From assembly GCA_963746475.1 (NCBI GenBank), contig CAVVBB010000002.1:785079-849078 (forward strand): a stretch of 64,000 bases of DNA. Reading direction: 5' to 3'. This DNA is from an uncultured delta proteobacterium. Its GTDB lineage: Bacteria > Myxococcota_A > Polyangia > Polyangiales > Houyiibacteriaceae. This document shows positions 20,431 to 29,085 of the stretch, piece after piece. Position 1 is the first letter of the stretch. The number at the start of each line of letters is the position of its first letter. The notes below the pieces were generated by a model. The model had not been told where the DNA came from, did no database searches, and worked only from the letters and a program-made list of their open reading frames with translations. Position numbers and translations under genes: made by a program.

Positions 20431-20667
20431 GGTACCGAGGGGCTCCCCGGCGCTTAGCTTGGCCTGGGAACCGACGCAGGGCCTGAGCGAGCTGTGGTTT
20501 TGAGCTCAAGGCCCCGAAATTGAATCGCCGAGCCTCGGCCGGCAAATTGGGTGGAGGGGCCGGCCGGAGGATCCATCACGGATGGGCGCATACTTGTCTC
20601 CTGCCCCAAGATCTCACAAGATTTTGGTCTGCCAGGGCATCCATGATGTGGGGGCAGGGGGATCTTC

Positions 20668-22197
20668 ATGGCTCGCTTAGACCTCGTTCCACTCAACGAC
20701 ACATTGATCGGTGAAAAGTACCGACTCGGAGCTGTGCTTGGCTCGGGTGGGGTCGCTACCGTGTATCAGGCGACACACCTGTGGACGGAGCGCGAGGTGG
20801 CGGTGAAGCTCCTCGATCCGACGCTGCCGCACTTCGATCGGGTACGCCAAGGGTTCTTGAGGGAGGCGCGCGCGACGGTTCAGCTCAAGCATCCCAATGT
20901 CGTCGACGTCCTCGACATGGGCGAAGACGATTGGGAGACCGTCTACATGGTGATGGAGCTCCTGCACGGGCCGACCTTACGCGATGTGCTCGATGAACGA
21001 GGGCGCCTCTCGGAAAGAGAAACGCTGCAGGTGCTGCTGCCCTTGGTCGACGCGCTCGAGAAAGCCAACGAGCTCGGGATCGTGCATCGCGATTTCAAGC
21101 CGGAGAACATCGTGCTCACCTACGATGCGAACGGCGTCATGACGCCCAAGCTGCTGGATTTCGGCATCGCGGAGATTCTCCAAGACGCTCGGTCGCAAGG
21201 CCTGGCCAGCACGGCTGATGTGATCATGGGAACGCCGCAGTACATGGCTCCCGAGCAAGCTTGCGATGACCGCGAAAGACTCGGTCCACACACCGATGTG
21301 TGGGGAGTGGGCGTGGTTTGGTACGAGTGTCTCACGGGCCGCGTGCCTTTTGTCGGCGAGAGCGTCGAGGAAGTCCTGCGTGCGGTGTGCAGCGCTCCGA
21401 TTGACTTCACACCGGTGCCTAAGGCCTATGCGCCACTGCTGCGTGACGCTCTGTGTCAACTGCCCGAGCGGCGCATTCGTTCGTTTTCGGAGCTCAAGGC
21501 GCGCATCCGGCACTTCGACCTCGGGCTTGCCGAGCCCGCCGTGTCACCGAAAGAACAGACCCTGTCTTTGTCGCTCTCAGCCGATCTCGAGCCAGACTCG
21601 AGCCAAGGGACGTTGATCGGTCTTGCGCCGAGCGAGCCGCCGCCGGTTGTCCACAGTGCGATGCGCCCCGTGGCGCGGCGCAACGAGGCCGAACTGACCG
21701 ACGGGGATTTTCCGGAGCATCTTCCCGTTCGCTCGAGCCGCAAAGCGACCCTTGCCGCGGTGGCCGTGGCCTTACTCGTCGCCGTGGGTGCATGGTGGGC
21801 CGTCCGCAGACCCGCTGAAGAGCCTGGCCTCATTGCGGAGCCGCTGGCCGCAGAGCCTGAAGCGCTGGCCGCAGAGCCCAAAGCGCGGCCTGAGGAAGCG
21901 GAGGCGGACCCCGAGGGAGCCCCCACGTTAGCGACAGCGCCGGCGGAAGCACGGGCGGAAGTTGTCGCGGAAGCGCCTGCGAACCTCGAAGCGGAGGCCC
22001 CGGCGCAGGCCGATGTGGAGCCCGCTGAGCTGCCCCAGCCGGTCGAAGCTGTCGCCGTCGCTCAGGAGCCCAAGGCCGCCAAGCCACCGAGGCGTCGCAG
22101 AGCGCGCCCAAGGCCCGCTCCTGAGCCTCAGCAAGAATCTGCGTCGTCGGATGGCTCGCAGTACAAAAAGCCGCCAGAGTTGGTCGGGCAATGGTGA
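20668..22197 (+). CDS. Hanks-type Ser/Thr protein kinase with a TM segment and an Ala/Pro/Glu-rich C-terminal tail
   Basis: LGSGGVATVY, VAVKLL, HRDFKPENIVL, DFGIA and GTPQYMAPEQ are present, followed by a TM segment (ATLAAVAVALLVAVGAWWAV). Confidence 0.9.
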   Translation: MARLDLVPLNDTLIGEKYRLGAVLGSGGVATVYQATHLWTEREVAVKLLDPTLPHFDRVRQGFLREARATVQLKHPNVVDVLDMGEDDWETVYMVMELLHGPTLRDVLDERGRLSERETLQVLLPLVDALEKANELGIVHRDFKPENIVLTYDANGVMTPKLLDFGIAEILQDARSQGLASTADVIMGTPQYMAPEQACDDRERLGPHTDVWGVGVVWYECLTGRVPFVGESVEEVLRAVCSAPIDFTPVPKAYAPLLRDALCQLPERRIRSFSELKARIRHFDLGLAEPAVSPKEQTLSLSLSADLEPDSSQGTLIGLAPSEPPPVVHSAMRPVARRNEAELTDGDFPEHLPVRSSRKATLAAVAVALLVAVGAWWAVRRPAEEPGLIAEPLAAEPEALAAEPKARPEEAEADPEGAPTLATAPAEARAEVVAEAPANLEAEAPAQADVEPAELPQPVEAVAVAQEPKAAKPPRRRRARPRPAPEPQQESASSDGSQYKKPPELVGQW

Positions 22198-23042
22198 GGA
22201 CACTCTGCATCGTCGTGGCGTTTTCGTTGGCATCTGGCTTCCTTTGGGCGCCCGAGCCATCGACGGCGGTTGCACAAGAAGCAGCTCCGACGGAGCGTGC
22301 GCGACATCTATTTGAAGAAGGACTGGCACTTGCGGAGTCGGACCGTTGGGCCGAAGCACTTTCCGCATTTCGCCGTTCCGCGAAGCTCGTTGCTCGGCCC
22401 AGCACCTCTTACAACATCGCCAACGCCTTGTACCGGCTCGAACGGCCCGTCGAAGGGCTCGAGCAACTCGACCGGTATGACGCCATGCCCGAAGTTCGGC
22501 GCAGCGACTCGGCTCGCGCGCGCGGCGCGGCCCTTCGTACCTTGCTGCAGCGTGCGGTGGCCGAAGCGCGTCTGACGATCACGCCGTCCGAAGCGGGGCT
22601 TTTCGTCGACGGGCGCCCCCTGGAGGGTACGGGCGCCAAGCGAGACATTCGGCTGAACCCAGGCTCCCATTCGATCCGAGTCGCCCACGCCGGCTACGAG
22701 TCGGCTCGGCGTGAGATCGAAGTCTCGCGCGGAAGTCGGCAGAGCTACAGCATCGAATTGACGCCAAAGACCCCGGACGCGACCGTTGCCATCGCGGTGC
22801 CAGCTTCGAGCATTTCGCGTGGACCGGACATGTTGAGCGGCGGCTCCGCGCCTCAGGCGAACAAGGACGACCCAAAACCCTTCGTGAAGCGGCCTGGGTT
22901 CTGGGTGATGATTGGCGCGATTGCCGCCGTCGGAATCGGAACGGGTGTCGCCGTCGCCTTGGGCGCCAAGGACGGCTCGACTCAGTGCGGAACGACAGGC
23001 AGCTGCGCAACGACCCAGGGCCTGTCCGTGGCGTCGTTTTAA
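22191..23042 (+). CDS. Signal-peptide protein with a TPR-like N-terminus, a PEGA domain and a C-terminal TM anchor
   Basis: The PEGA-type segment is LTITPSEAGLFVDGRPLEGTG...LNPGSHSIRVAHAGYESARREIEVSRG. The TM segment is FWVMIGAIAAVGIGTGVAVAL. The start overlaps the kinase stop by 7 nt. Confidence 0.7.
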   Translation: MVRTLCIVVAFSLASGFLWAPEPSTAVAQEAAPTERARHLFEEGLALAESDRWAEALSAFRRSAKLVARPSTSYNIANALYRLERPVEGLEQLDRYDAMPEVRRSDSARARGAALRTLLQRAVAEARLTITPSEAGLFVDGRPLEGTGAKRDIRLNPGSHSIRVAHAGYESARREIEVSRGSRQSYSIELTPKTPDATVAIAVPASSISRGPDMLSGGSAPQANKDDPKPFVKRPGFWVMIGAIAAVGIGTGVAVALGAKDGSTQCGTTGSCATTQGLSVASF

Positions 23043-23054
23043 TCGCCCGCGATC

Positions 23055-23420
23055 TACTTTCGGGCGCGCCGATGCGGCTTGCTTCCGCCTGGCGACCCGG
23101 CCGGCGTGTACCAGATCGGTGAAGTGTAGGCCCGCTCCTGGGTCGTCATCTTCGCACCCTTGGGCATCTCCACGCCAAAGCGTAAGGCCTCGTAGGCCGT
23201 CCATCTTGGCGTGGGGATCTCGATGACGCGCGCATAGTAGAATGCCCGTTGGCTCGACTCGAACTCGGGATCCGTCCAAACGGTGATGAGCTCCGGATCG
23301 CCGATGGTGTTGGTCCAGGTCGCGTATCTCTGCTGAACAGCGAGCTGCCGCTCGATCTCGCGATACCAGGGGATTCGTGCAGCGGTTTCGAGCTGCAGGA
23401 AGACTCCTCCCCGCTGCGCT
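23055..23420 (-). pseudogene. C-terminal relic (about 110 aa) of a DUF3604-family gene; not in the ORF track because it has no start codon
   Basis: The minus-strand frame reads ...[94 protein letters not shown]...*. It has the characteristic DUF3604 C-terminus (FYYARVxExPTPRW...QERAxxSPIWY). The frame is closed by TAG near 23479, with no ATG and no upstream part of the roughly 600-aa family. Confidence 0.65.
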
Positions 23421-23574
23421 TTAGGGCGGTCAGCACTCCATAGCGACCGAAGAGCGACAGGCCGGCTCGGGGGCTAGCTCAGCAAGCGACGCCGGTCGCG
23501 AGCTGCTTCGCGACCGGCGTCGCCCGCGTCGGTCTCTTGGTCGGTCTTGAAAAAAAGACTCATTCCTGGTCATC

Positions 23575-25014
23575 ATGCGCGCTGTAGGGGGGCGCTTGTT
23601 GCTTTTGTCGCGTATCGCTTGGATGAGCTTGTTCTTTGGCGCGGTCGTCTCGGGCTGCGGGGACGCTTCCGTTGAAATGCACGAGGGGCCAGGGCTCGGC
23701 GGGACAGGAGGCGATGACGGTTCGGGTGGCTCGGGCGGAGTCGTAGGCCCCGCGAACGTGAGCTTCTCGGTCACGCTCATGAACGAGACGGGACTGCTCC
23801 GCGACCAGCTCGTGATGTACGCCGACGCCGATGGCAAGCATTTCAGTACGACGCTCACGAGCAAAGGTGGCGTCGCCCGCTTCACGAACGTGCCGGCGGG
23901 TGGATTCATCACCGCGCAGCTGATCAACCGCAGCGACCTGCTCAGCCTGCAAACGGTGGCCGGCATGCAGAATGGCGATTCGATCACGCTCGTCGCCGAG
24001 GAGGCGTTCGGCGTGCCAGCGACCTGGCCGCTCGGACGTGCGGCCATCACCGTGTCGAGCCTGCCGGAAACCGCGACGCAATACCTCGTCTACCACCCGA
24101 GTCGCCTCTCGCGCCTCCGGACGGAGGTGCCCTTCACGTCCGAGGCCTCGTTTTCGACGCAACTCATTGGACCGAGCGGCACCTACAACGCCCTGGCCGT
24201 GGCCGCGCTCGCCGATCGCGGCATCGCGTTCGGCTTTGCGACCGACCTCGCCCTGCAGGGCCAAATTCCAGAGGTCTCGGTCACGGGGAACATCGAGAGT
24301 TGGGAGCCCCCTAGTGGAACCGTCCGCGCCGAGCTCCGCAACCTCTCGAAGGTTGAGCTCCCGGCCGTGATCCTCGTTGGCGGCTATCGCGACACGCAGC
24401 AGTTCTTGACCGAGGCGCAGAGCCAAAACCTGCCGCCCGGTGTCACGATGAACACCGAGCTGGCGGTGAACTCCAACTTTCACGACCGAGCCGTCGCCAC
24501 GTTCGTGCTCGACGTGTTCGGCGACCCCGTGGCATTGGCGAACGAGCGCTTCGTGGCCGGCACGGCCATTCCAGACGACGGAGGCACGGAGGTCATCTGG
24601 ACCTCCACCGACGATTTTCTGCCGAGCCTGCCCGCGGCGGGCTACGATTTTTCCGAACGGAGCTCGGCCTACTACTGGACCCGGACCCCATTGTGCGATG
24701 GCGTGCCGCCAAACGTTTCGGTGCTCGAGCTGATCGGCAAAAAGGAGTCGAAGTCCTACACCTGGCAGATGCTCGGCCCTTATCGCGACGAGCTTCGCAT
24801 GCCGGAGCTCGACCCGGACTATGCCGAGCTCCTGTTTCCTTCCGATCTGGAAATGGAGCACTGGACCCTCGAAGCGCGCGCTTACCCGGAGGGCAGCATC
24901 GACTCCGTGAGGCGCTCGAGCCCGGCACTGCTCCCGCCGCTCACCTGGCTAGGGCGACAGGCCGGCGCCGGAGCCATCTGCGTATCCCGAGCTCGAACGG
25001 GCGGGCCGCGGTAA
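23575..25014 (+). CDS. Hypothetical lipoprotein (Gly-rich linker, no recognisable domain)
   Basis: The signal/lipobox is LFFGAVVSGCGD. Third codon positions are consistently G/C-rich. Confidence 0.65.
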   Translation: MRAVGGRLLLLSRIAWMSLFFGAVVSGCGDASVEMHEGPGLGGTGGDDGSGGSGGVVGPANVSFSVTLMNETGLLRDQLVMYADADGKHFSTTLTSKGGVARFTNVPAGGFITAQLINRSDLLSLQTVAGMQNGDSITLVAEEAFGVPATWPLGRAAITVSSLPETATQYLVYHPSRLSRLRTEVPFTSEASFSTQLIGPSGTYNALAVAALADRGIAFGFATDLALQGQIPEVSVTGNIESWEPPSGTVRAELRNLSKVELPAVILVGGYRDTQQFLTEAQSQNLPPGVTMNTELAVNSNFHDRAVATFVLDVFGDPVALANERFVAGTAIPDDGGTEVIWTSTDDFLPSLPAAGYDFSERSSAYYWTRTPLCDGVPPNVSVLELIGKKESKSYTWQMLGPYRDELRMPELDPDYAELLFPSDLEMEHWTLEARAYPEGSIDSVRRSSPALLPPLTWLGRQAGAGAICVSRARTGGPR

Positions 25015-25498
25015 GGCAGCCCCAGCTGTTTCGTTCTCTACAGAAAGCCTCGCTGCCACTGAGGCGCGCGTTGGACTGAGACCACTCGACGCAACGGATC
25101 TACCGATGCTTCGAAAGTGGCCATTGCTTCTCTGCGACCATGGTTTCGAGCGTGTCGCGTGAAAGCGGAACGCGCTGGCTGAAGCGTGGCCTTCGCGAGC
25201 CTCACGACCGTATGGAGAAACCGTTTGTGACTTCATCACTGCCAGCTTTGCGGTGGTCTACGGAATAGCGTGCACTAGCGATAGAGTGCTCATTCGGTCA
25301 GGTGCCGGCTCGCCCGAACGGACGAGGGAGCGAGGCTCGTATCCAATAAGCAAATGTTCTAGCCGAGAAAACACTCGCGCGCTGGAATGCCTAAGAGATA
25401 TCGCTCCCTGGAGGATCCCCGATGACGCCCTGCAGTCGCGGGCCTGTCCGACTCTCGACAGCGAAGGCGCAATATGCCGCGAGAGGGAGTGTGTGCCG

Positions 25499-28400
25499 AT
25501 GTTGAAGCAACGTGCTTTTCAGTGGGCGGGCTTGATTGCCTTTGGCGTTGCGGCAGCGACGGCCGTTCCGGTCAGTGCGGTGTCGGACCGCAACTTGTAT
25601 GAACGTGGCCAGATGCCTCCCGGGGCAGACACGTCCGCGGCCATGGGTCATGTCAACGCGATGATGCAGGAGCGTTTCGCGCAGGCCGGTGGCCCCGCCG
25701 ATCGTACCGTGACGGCGTTCGCAGAAGATATCGTGAAGACGCTGCCATTGATTCCCGGTGCTACGGTCATCACCTATCCGGTGGTCACGCCCGCCGGTAA
25801 TCTGTTGCAGGGCACTGGGCGAGGCATCGGATTTTCGCACATCACGGTCCACGAACCAGTCACCGGAAGGATCATCTGGGCGACGCCTCGTTACATCGGA
25901 CCCCTTGACTATGCGACTCAGCGAACTGTCGGGCCGGGCGCGTATCTCGGCGGGTACCCGATTGTCATCAACGACCCGAGCAGTGCGGCCTACAACTGGG
26001 CCGCCATCAGCGATGGTTACAACGTTTGGTCCTTCGAAGCCGATACGGGTGCCGTGAATTGGATTGCCTCCCAGGGCGACTGGGCGCCCGGTCCGCAGCG
26101 CATCAGGGAAGAACCCCTGCGTCAGAGGAGCATGTCCAACGACATTCCGATTGGCGTGCAGCCCCTTCCCGGGTCTCGAGCCCCTTCGGGCGAGCCGCTC
26201 GTGGGCTCTTTGTTCACCCGCGGTAACTTCGCCTATGTCGACGCTTCCTCTGGTGAGCTCATCATCTTGCAGAACGGCGACGTGGGTAACATCGCTCGCG
26301 GCTACCAAGCTCCGATCCTCTATCTGATCATCGACCTGCTCTGCTTCCCTGGCGGCCAGCTTTCGCTCGAGTTCAAGGACTGGTGCTCCGCGTTCGTGTA
26401 CACGCGTTACTTCTCGGCAAACACCGTCATGGCGGACCCCATCCGTAACCGCGTCACGGTCACCTACGCCGGTGACGGCCAAACCTTCGACCGGTTCATG
26501 ACCTGGGAGTTCAACACGGACGAAAATGGCCTGGTTCCGGCGGATGCGGACCTCGCCGACGGTGAGTCGCCGGCCATGTCGCTCGCATGGTCGACCAACT
26601 TCGGCCTCAACAGCGGCGCCACGCCGACCTGGTCGGACTCGGGTGCGGTCATCTTTGGCGTCGACGGCGCGGGCATCACGAATGCCTTCAACGCGAACGA
26701 CGGCACGGTCATCGTTTCATCGACCGGTGGCGGCGCAGGCTTCTCGCCGAGTACCGACCATAATGACCAGCTCGTCATTTGCTCTCCGGAGGCGGGTCTC
26801 GCCTACGTCAGCTCCAAGGACGGTCGATTCATCTGGCAGAACGACGGCGGCGACCTGGGCGTCCAGCACCTTCCCGTGACGCCCGATTCACCTCTGCTCG
26901 TCAACGGACGACCGAAAGCAGAGTGCGTCGGCTTCCCGGCGACACACCCGGACGTCTTCAACGCGCAGTTCGTGATGGGCTATCCCGTCACGCTCTTCGA
27001 GGCCCTCGCGGCGCTCGGTATTCCGCTTCCCAGCACTGTCACCAGCGCGGCCGTGGCGGACTTCTCCGCGAATGCCCGCACCGGCGAGACCGTCGAGACG
27101 CTGCATCGCTCGATCTACAACGGCAGCGGCGAGGCGAGCACCGGTATGCTGGACAGCGGTCGTGCACTGTCGGGTCGCGTGGATGCTGTGGCATCGATCG
27201 CTGCGGGCATCCTGAACCTTCTCTTGCCGAGGCGGTTCGACATTCCGCCGGCTGAGGGCGGCTTCGTGATTATTGAGCCAGACAGCTTCCGCGAATCCAT
27301 CCAGAACCAGTTCAAGGGCGCGGAGATCTACTGTAACGAAATCGTCAATGGCCTGGTCATTCCTGGAGACGCCGGTGGCGAAAGCATTCCGGCACTGGCC
27401 TCGGCCGACTTCGAGCTGCCGAGAGGCGAAAACGAGGAACGACTGCTGCAGCTCAGCGTCAACAAGATGGGGTACATCAACTCCATCATGAAGAACTCGA
27501 TTCCACCTCGCATGGATTCGGCGTCCAGCCGCAATCCCTCTGAGCTCAACGACCTGGGCCGAGCGGGTGTGGACGCGTTCCGCAATGCCATCATCGCGAA
27601 CACCACCGCGGCACGTGACCTGATGCTCGGCGGCGACGCCACGTATCCGGCCGGCTGCGGTTCGGACGAGTTTTGCAACTGGGGTCGCTCTCACGAGCCA
27701 ACCGATGCCGAGCGCGAGCAAGCCTCGGCAGCGATGGAGAACGCTTGCCGAGCGGCGCGGAGCGCTCAGATTCTGTTGAGCTTGCCCGTGTCCCCTCCGA
27801 GGAGTCCCCCGGAACCGGAAATTCCCGCGAGCTCATGCATTGTCGAATACGACCTGGACTGGACCCTCCAGTCCAGCGACTCTCCTGGTGGAATCGTCGA
27901 CGGGTTCACGACAGACCTTCCCGGCAGCATGATCCTCAAGTACGCCGACGACGGCGCGGGCAACATCCAGCCGGGTCGAGTCGAGATGATGTACATCTGG
28001 GTGGCCGCGAACATCCTTTTTCAAAAGCCGGGCGCTCCCACTGTGACCATCCAAGGTCACGGGTTCTCGCCAAGCTGCAATGGAGAGGCTGACCCGGACT
28101 GGTCTGACCCCGCGAGCATCCCAGAGGTCTGCGAGTACAACGGCGATCTCGAGACCCAGAACCCCATCGCCATCGGTACGCTAAATGAGTCTGGCGCGGT
28201 AATTGACTGGCAGGGCTGTGCAGTGCCTAGCAGCTATTGGGCGGAGGACAGCGCAAGCTTCACGATCGCGGATGCCGAGACTGCCAGCGGCCGTGGCTGT
28301 GTCGCTCTCAAGGTCGGGAACACTGGAGCCGATGCAGAGATCCCGACCGAGCAAGGGCAGTTCAGTCTGTACGCGGACGTCAACTGCGACGGCTCGAAGA

Positions 28401-28681
28401 TCGTCTGCGGCGCGGCCGGAGTGGAGCCAGGCTCGAACACTATCGCGCTGCAGTGGCCGCAAGCGCTCATCAATGGAACCGCTGCGAGCGGTCAGAACGG
28501 CTTGATCGTGGCGGAAGACGCTCAGAAGTCGACCGTCTTCTTTCCGGGCAGCAGCACGGACGGAAGCGAGAGCGCCCAGGGTGGCTATCAGTCCTTCAAC
28601 ATCCCGAACCCGTTTCCGGCCCGCACCTGGCTAGGCGCGAGCGGCGTTCGCCTCGAGGGCGGATTCACCACCTGCAACTAA
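25499..28681 (+). CDS. Giant secreted protein A (1060 aa); N-terminal roughly 700-aa module paralogous to protein B, unique roughly 285-aa Cys-containing C-terminus
   Basis: GAGAGGGAG lies upstream of ATG 25499. The signal peptide is MLKQRAFQWAGLIAFGVAAATAVPVSA. Long colinear identity blocks are shared with 29086..32907, for example DRNLxERGQMPP, [54 protein letters not shown] and [22 protein letters not shown]. Confidence 0.75.
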   Translation: MLKQRAFQWAGLIAFGVAAATAVPVSAVSDRNLYERGQMPPGADTSAAMGHVNAMMQERFAQAGGPADRTVTAFAEDIVKTLPLIPGATVITYPVVTPAGNLLQGTGRGIGFSHITVHEPVTGRIIWATPRYIGPLDYATQRTVGPGAYLGGYPIVINDPSSAAYNWAAISDGYNVWSFEADTGAVNWIASQGDWAPGPQRIREEPLRQRSMSNDIPIGVQPLPGSRAPSGEPLVGSLFTRGNFAYVDASSGELIILQNGDVGNIARGYQAPILYLIIDLLCFPGGQLSLEFKDWCSAFVYTRYFSANTVMADPIRNRVTVTYAGDGQTFDRFMTWEFNTDENGLVPADADLADGESPAMSLAWSTNFGLNSGATPTWSDSGAVIFGVDGAGITNAFNANDGTVIVSSTGGGAGFSPSTDHNDQLVICSPEAGLAYVSSKDGRFIWQNDGGDLGVQHLPVTPDSPLLVNGRPKAECVGFPATHPDVFNAQFVMGYPVTLFEALAALGIPLPSTVTSAAVADFSANARTGETVETLHRSIYNGSGEASTGMLDSGRALSGRVDAVASIAAGILNLLLPRRFDIPPAEGGFVIIEPDSFRESIQNQFKGAEIYCNEIVNGLVIPGDAGGESIPALASADFELPRGENEERLLQLSVNKMGYINSIMKNSIPPRMDSASSRNPSELNDLGRAGVDAFRNAIIANTTAARDLMLGGDATYPAGCGSDEFCNWGRSHEPTDAEREQASAAMENACRAARSAQILLSLPVSPPRSPPEPEIPASSCIVEYDLDWTLQSSDSPGGIVDGFTTDLPGSMILKYADDGAGNIQPGRVEMMYIWVAANILFQKPGAPTVTIQGHGFSPSCNGEADPDWSDPASIPEVCEYNGDLETQNPIAIGTLNESGAVIDWQGCAVPSSYWAEDSASFTIADAETASGRGCVALKVGNTGADAEIPTEQGQFSLYADVNCDGSKIVCGAAGVEPGSNTIALQWPQALINGTAASGQNGLIVAEDAQKSTVFFPGSSTDGSESAQGGYQSFNIPNPFPARTWLGASGVRLEGGFTTCN

Positions 28682-28903
28682 CGATCGACGCGATCCTGCC
28701 GTGCGTAGTCGCGGTGCCCGGTCGCAACGGACGACGCGATTTCTTCCATGTACGCATGGGTGTGGCGAGATCGACAGTCTCGTCGCTGGCGTTGCTCGTC
28801 GGGACGTTGCTGGCTTGGCTGCGTGCTGCGCGAGGCTGGGCCGTCCCAGCGGAAAGCTGTTCTGTCGCAGGGCACGCGCTCCTTGTTTCCTCCGTCCGGG
28901 TCG

Positions 28904-28909
28904 TTGACA
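28904..28909 (+). promoter_or_regulatory. Possible -35 hexamer (TTGACA) upstream of pqqA
   Basis: TTGACA lies 57 nt upstream of the pqqA ATG. Only a weak -10-like element (TAGAGC) follows. This is speculative. Confidence 0.2.
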
Positions 28910-28965
28910 GATTCTCTGGGCGGGTAGAGCCTAGCTGGTGGATGGTGGACTCCTGGAGGCTAGCG

Positions 28966-29079
28966 ATGAAGATCAACCGACGCCGTCAAAACAAACCGGC
29001 CGTGAAACGGTGGAGCAAGCCTGCATATCAGGACCTTCGTCTCGGCTTCGAGTACACTCTGTACGTGATGACTCGGTAG
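28966..29079 (+). CDS. pqqA: PQQ precursor peptide PqqA (37 aa; alternative GTG start 29002 gives 25 aa)
   Basis: The translation is MKINRRRQNKPAVKRWSKPAYQDLRLGFEYTLYVMTR. The C-terminal 23 aa match canonical PqqA (compare P. aeruginosa [23 protein letters not shown]), including the Glu-x3-Tyr pair. GGAGG lies 6 nt upstream of the ATG. pqqBCDE lie downstream. Confidence 0.85.
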   Translation: MKINRRRQNKPAVKRWSKPAYQDLRLGFEYTLYVMTR

Positions 29080-29085
29080 GGCGTC

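Noticed and set aside
25253-25498. Upstream extension of protein A from the track start (MVYGIACTS...).
   Set aside because: The extension has no signal-peptide character and poor coding composition. ATG 25499 is preceded by a purine-rich RBS and immediately opens a classical signal peptide, as in paralogue B.
28237-29079. 280-aa ORF spanning the end of protein A and the spacer up to pqqA. This includes an in-frame ATG at 28756 that would give a 108-aa TM-PqqA fusion.
   Set aside because: The first part overlaps the well-supported protein A frame. Only the last 37 codons have a family match and a proper RBS (GGAGG before ATG 28966). Open upstream frames are expected by chance at this GC content.
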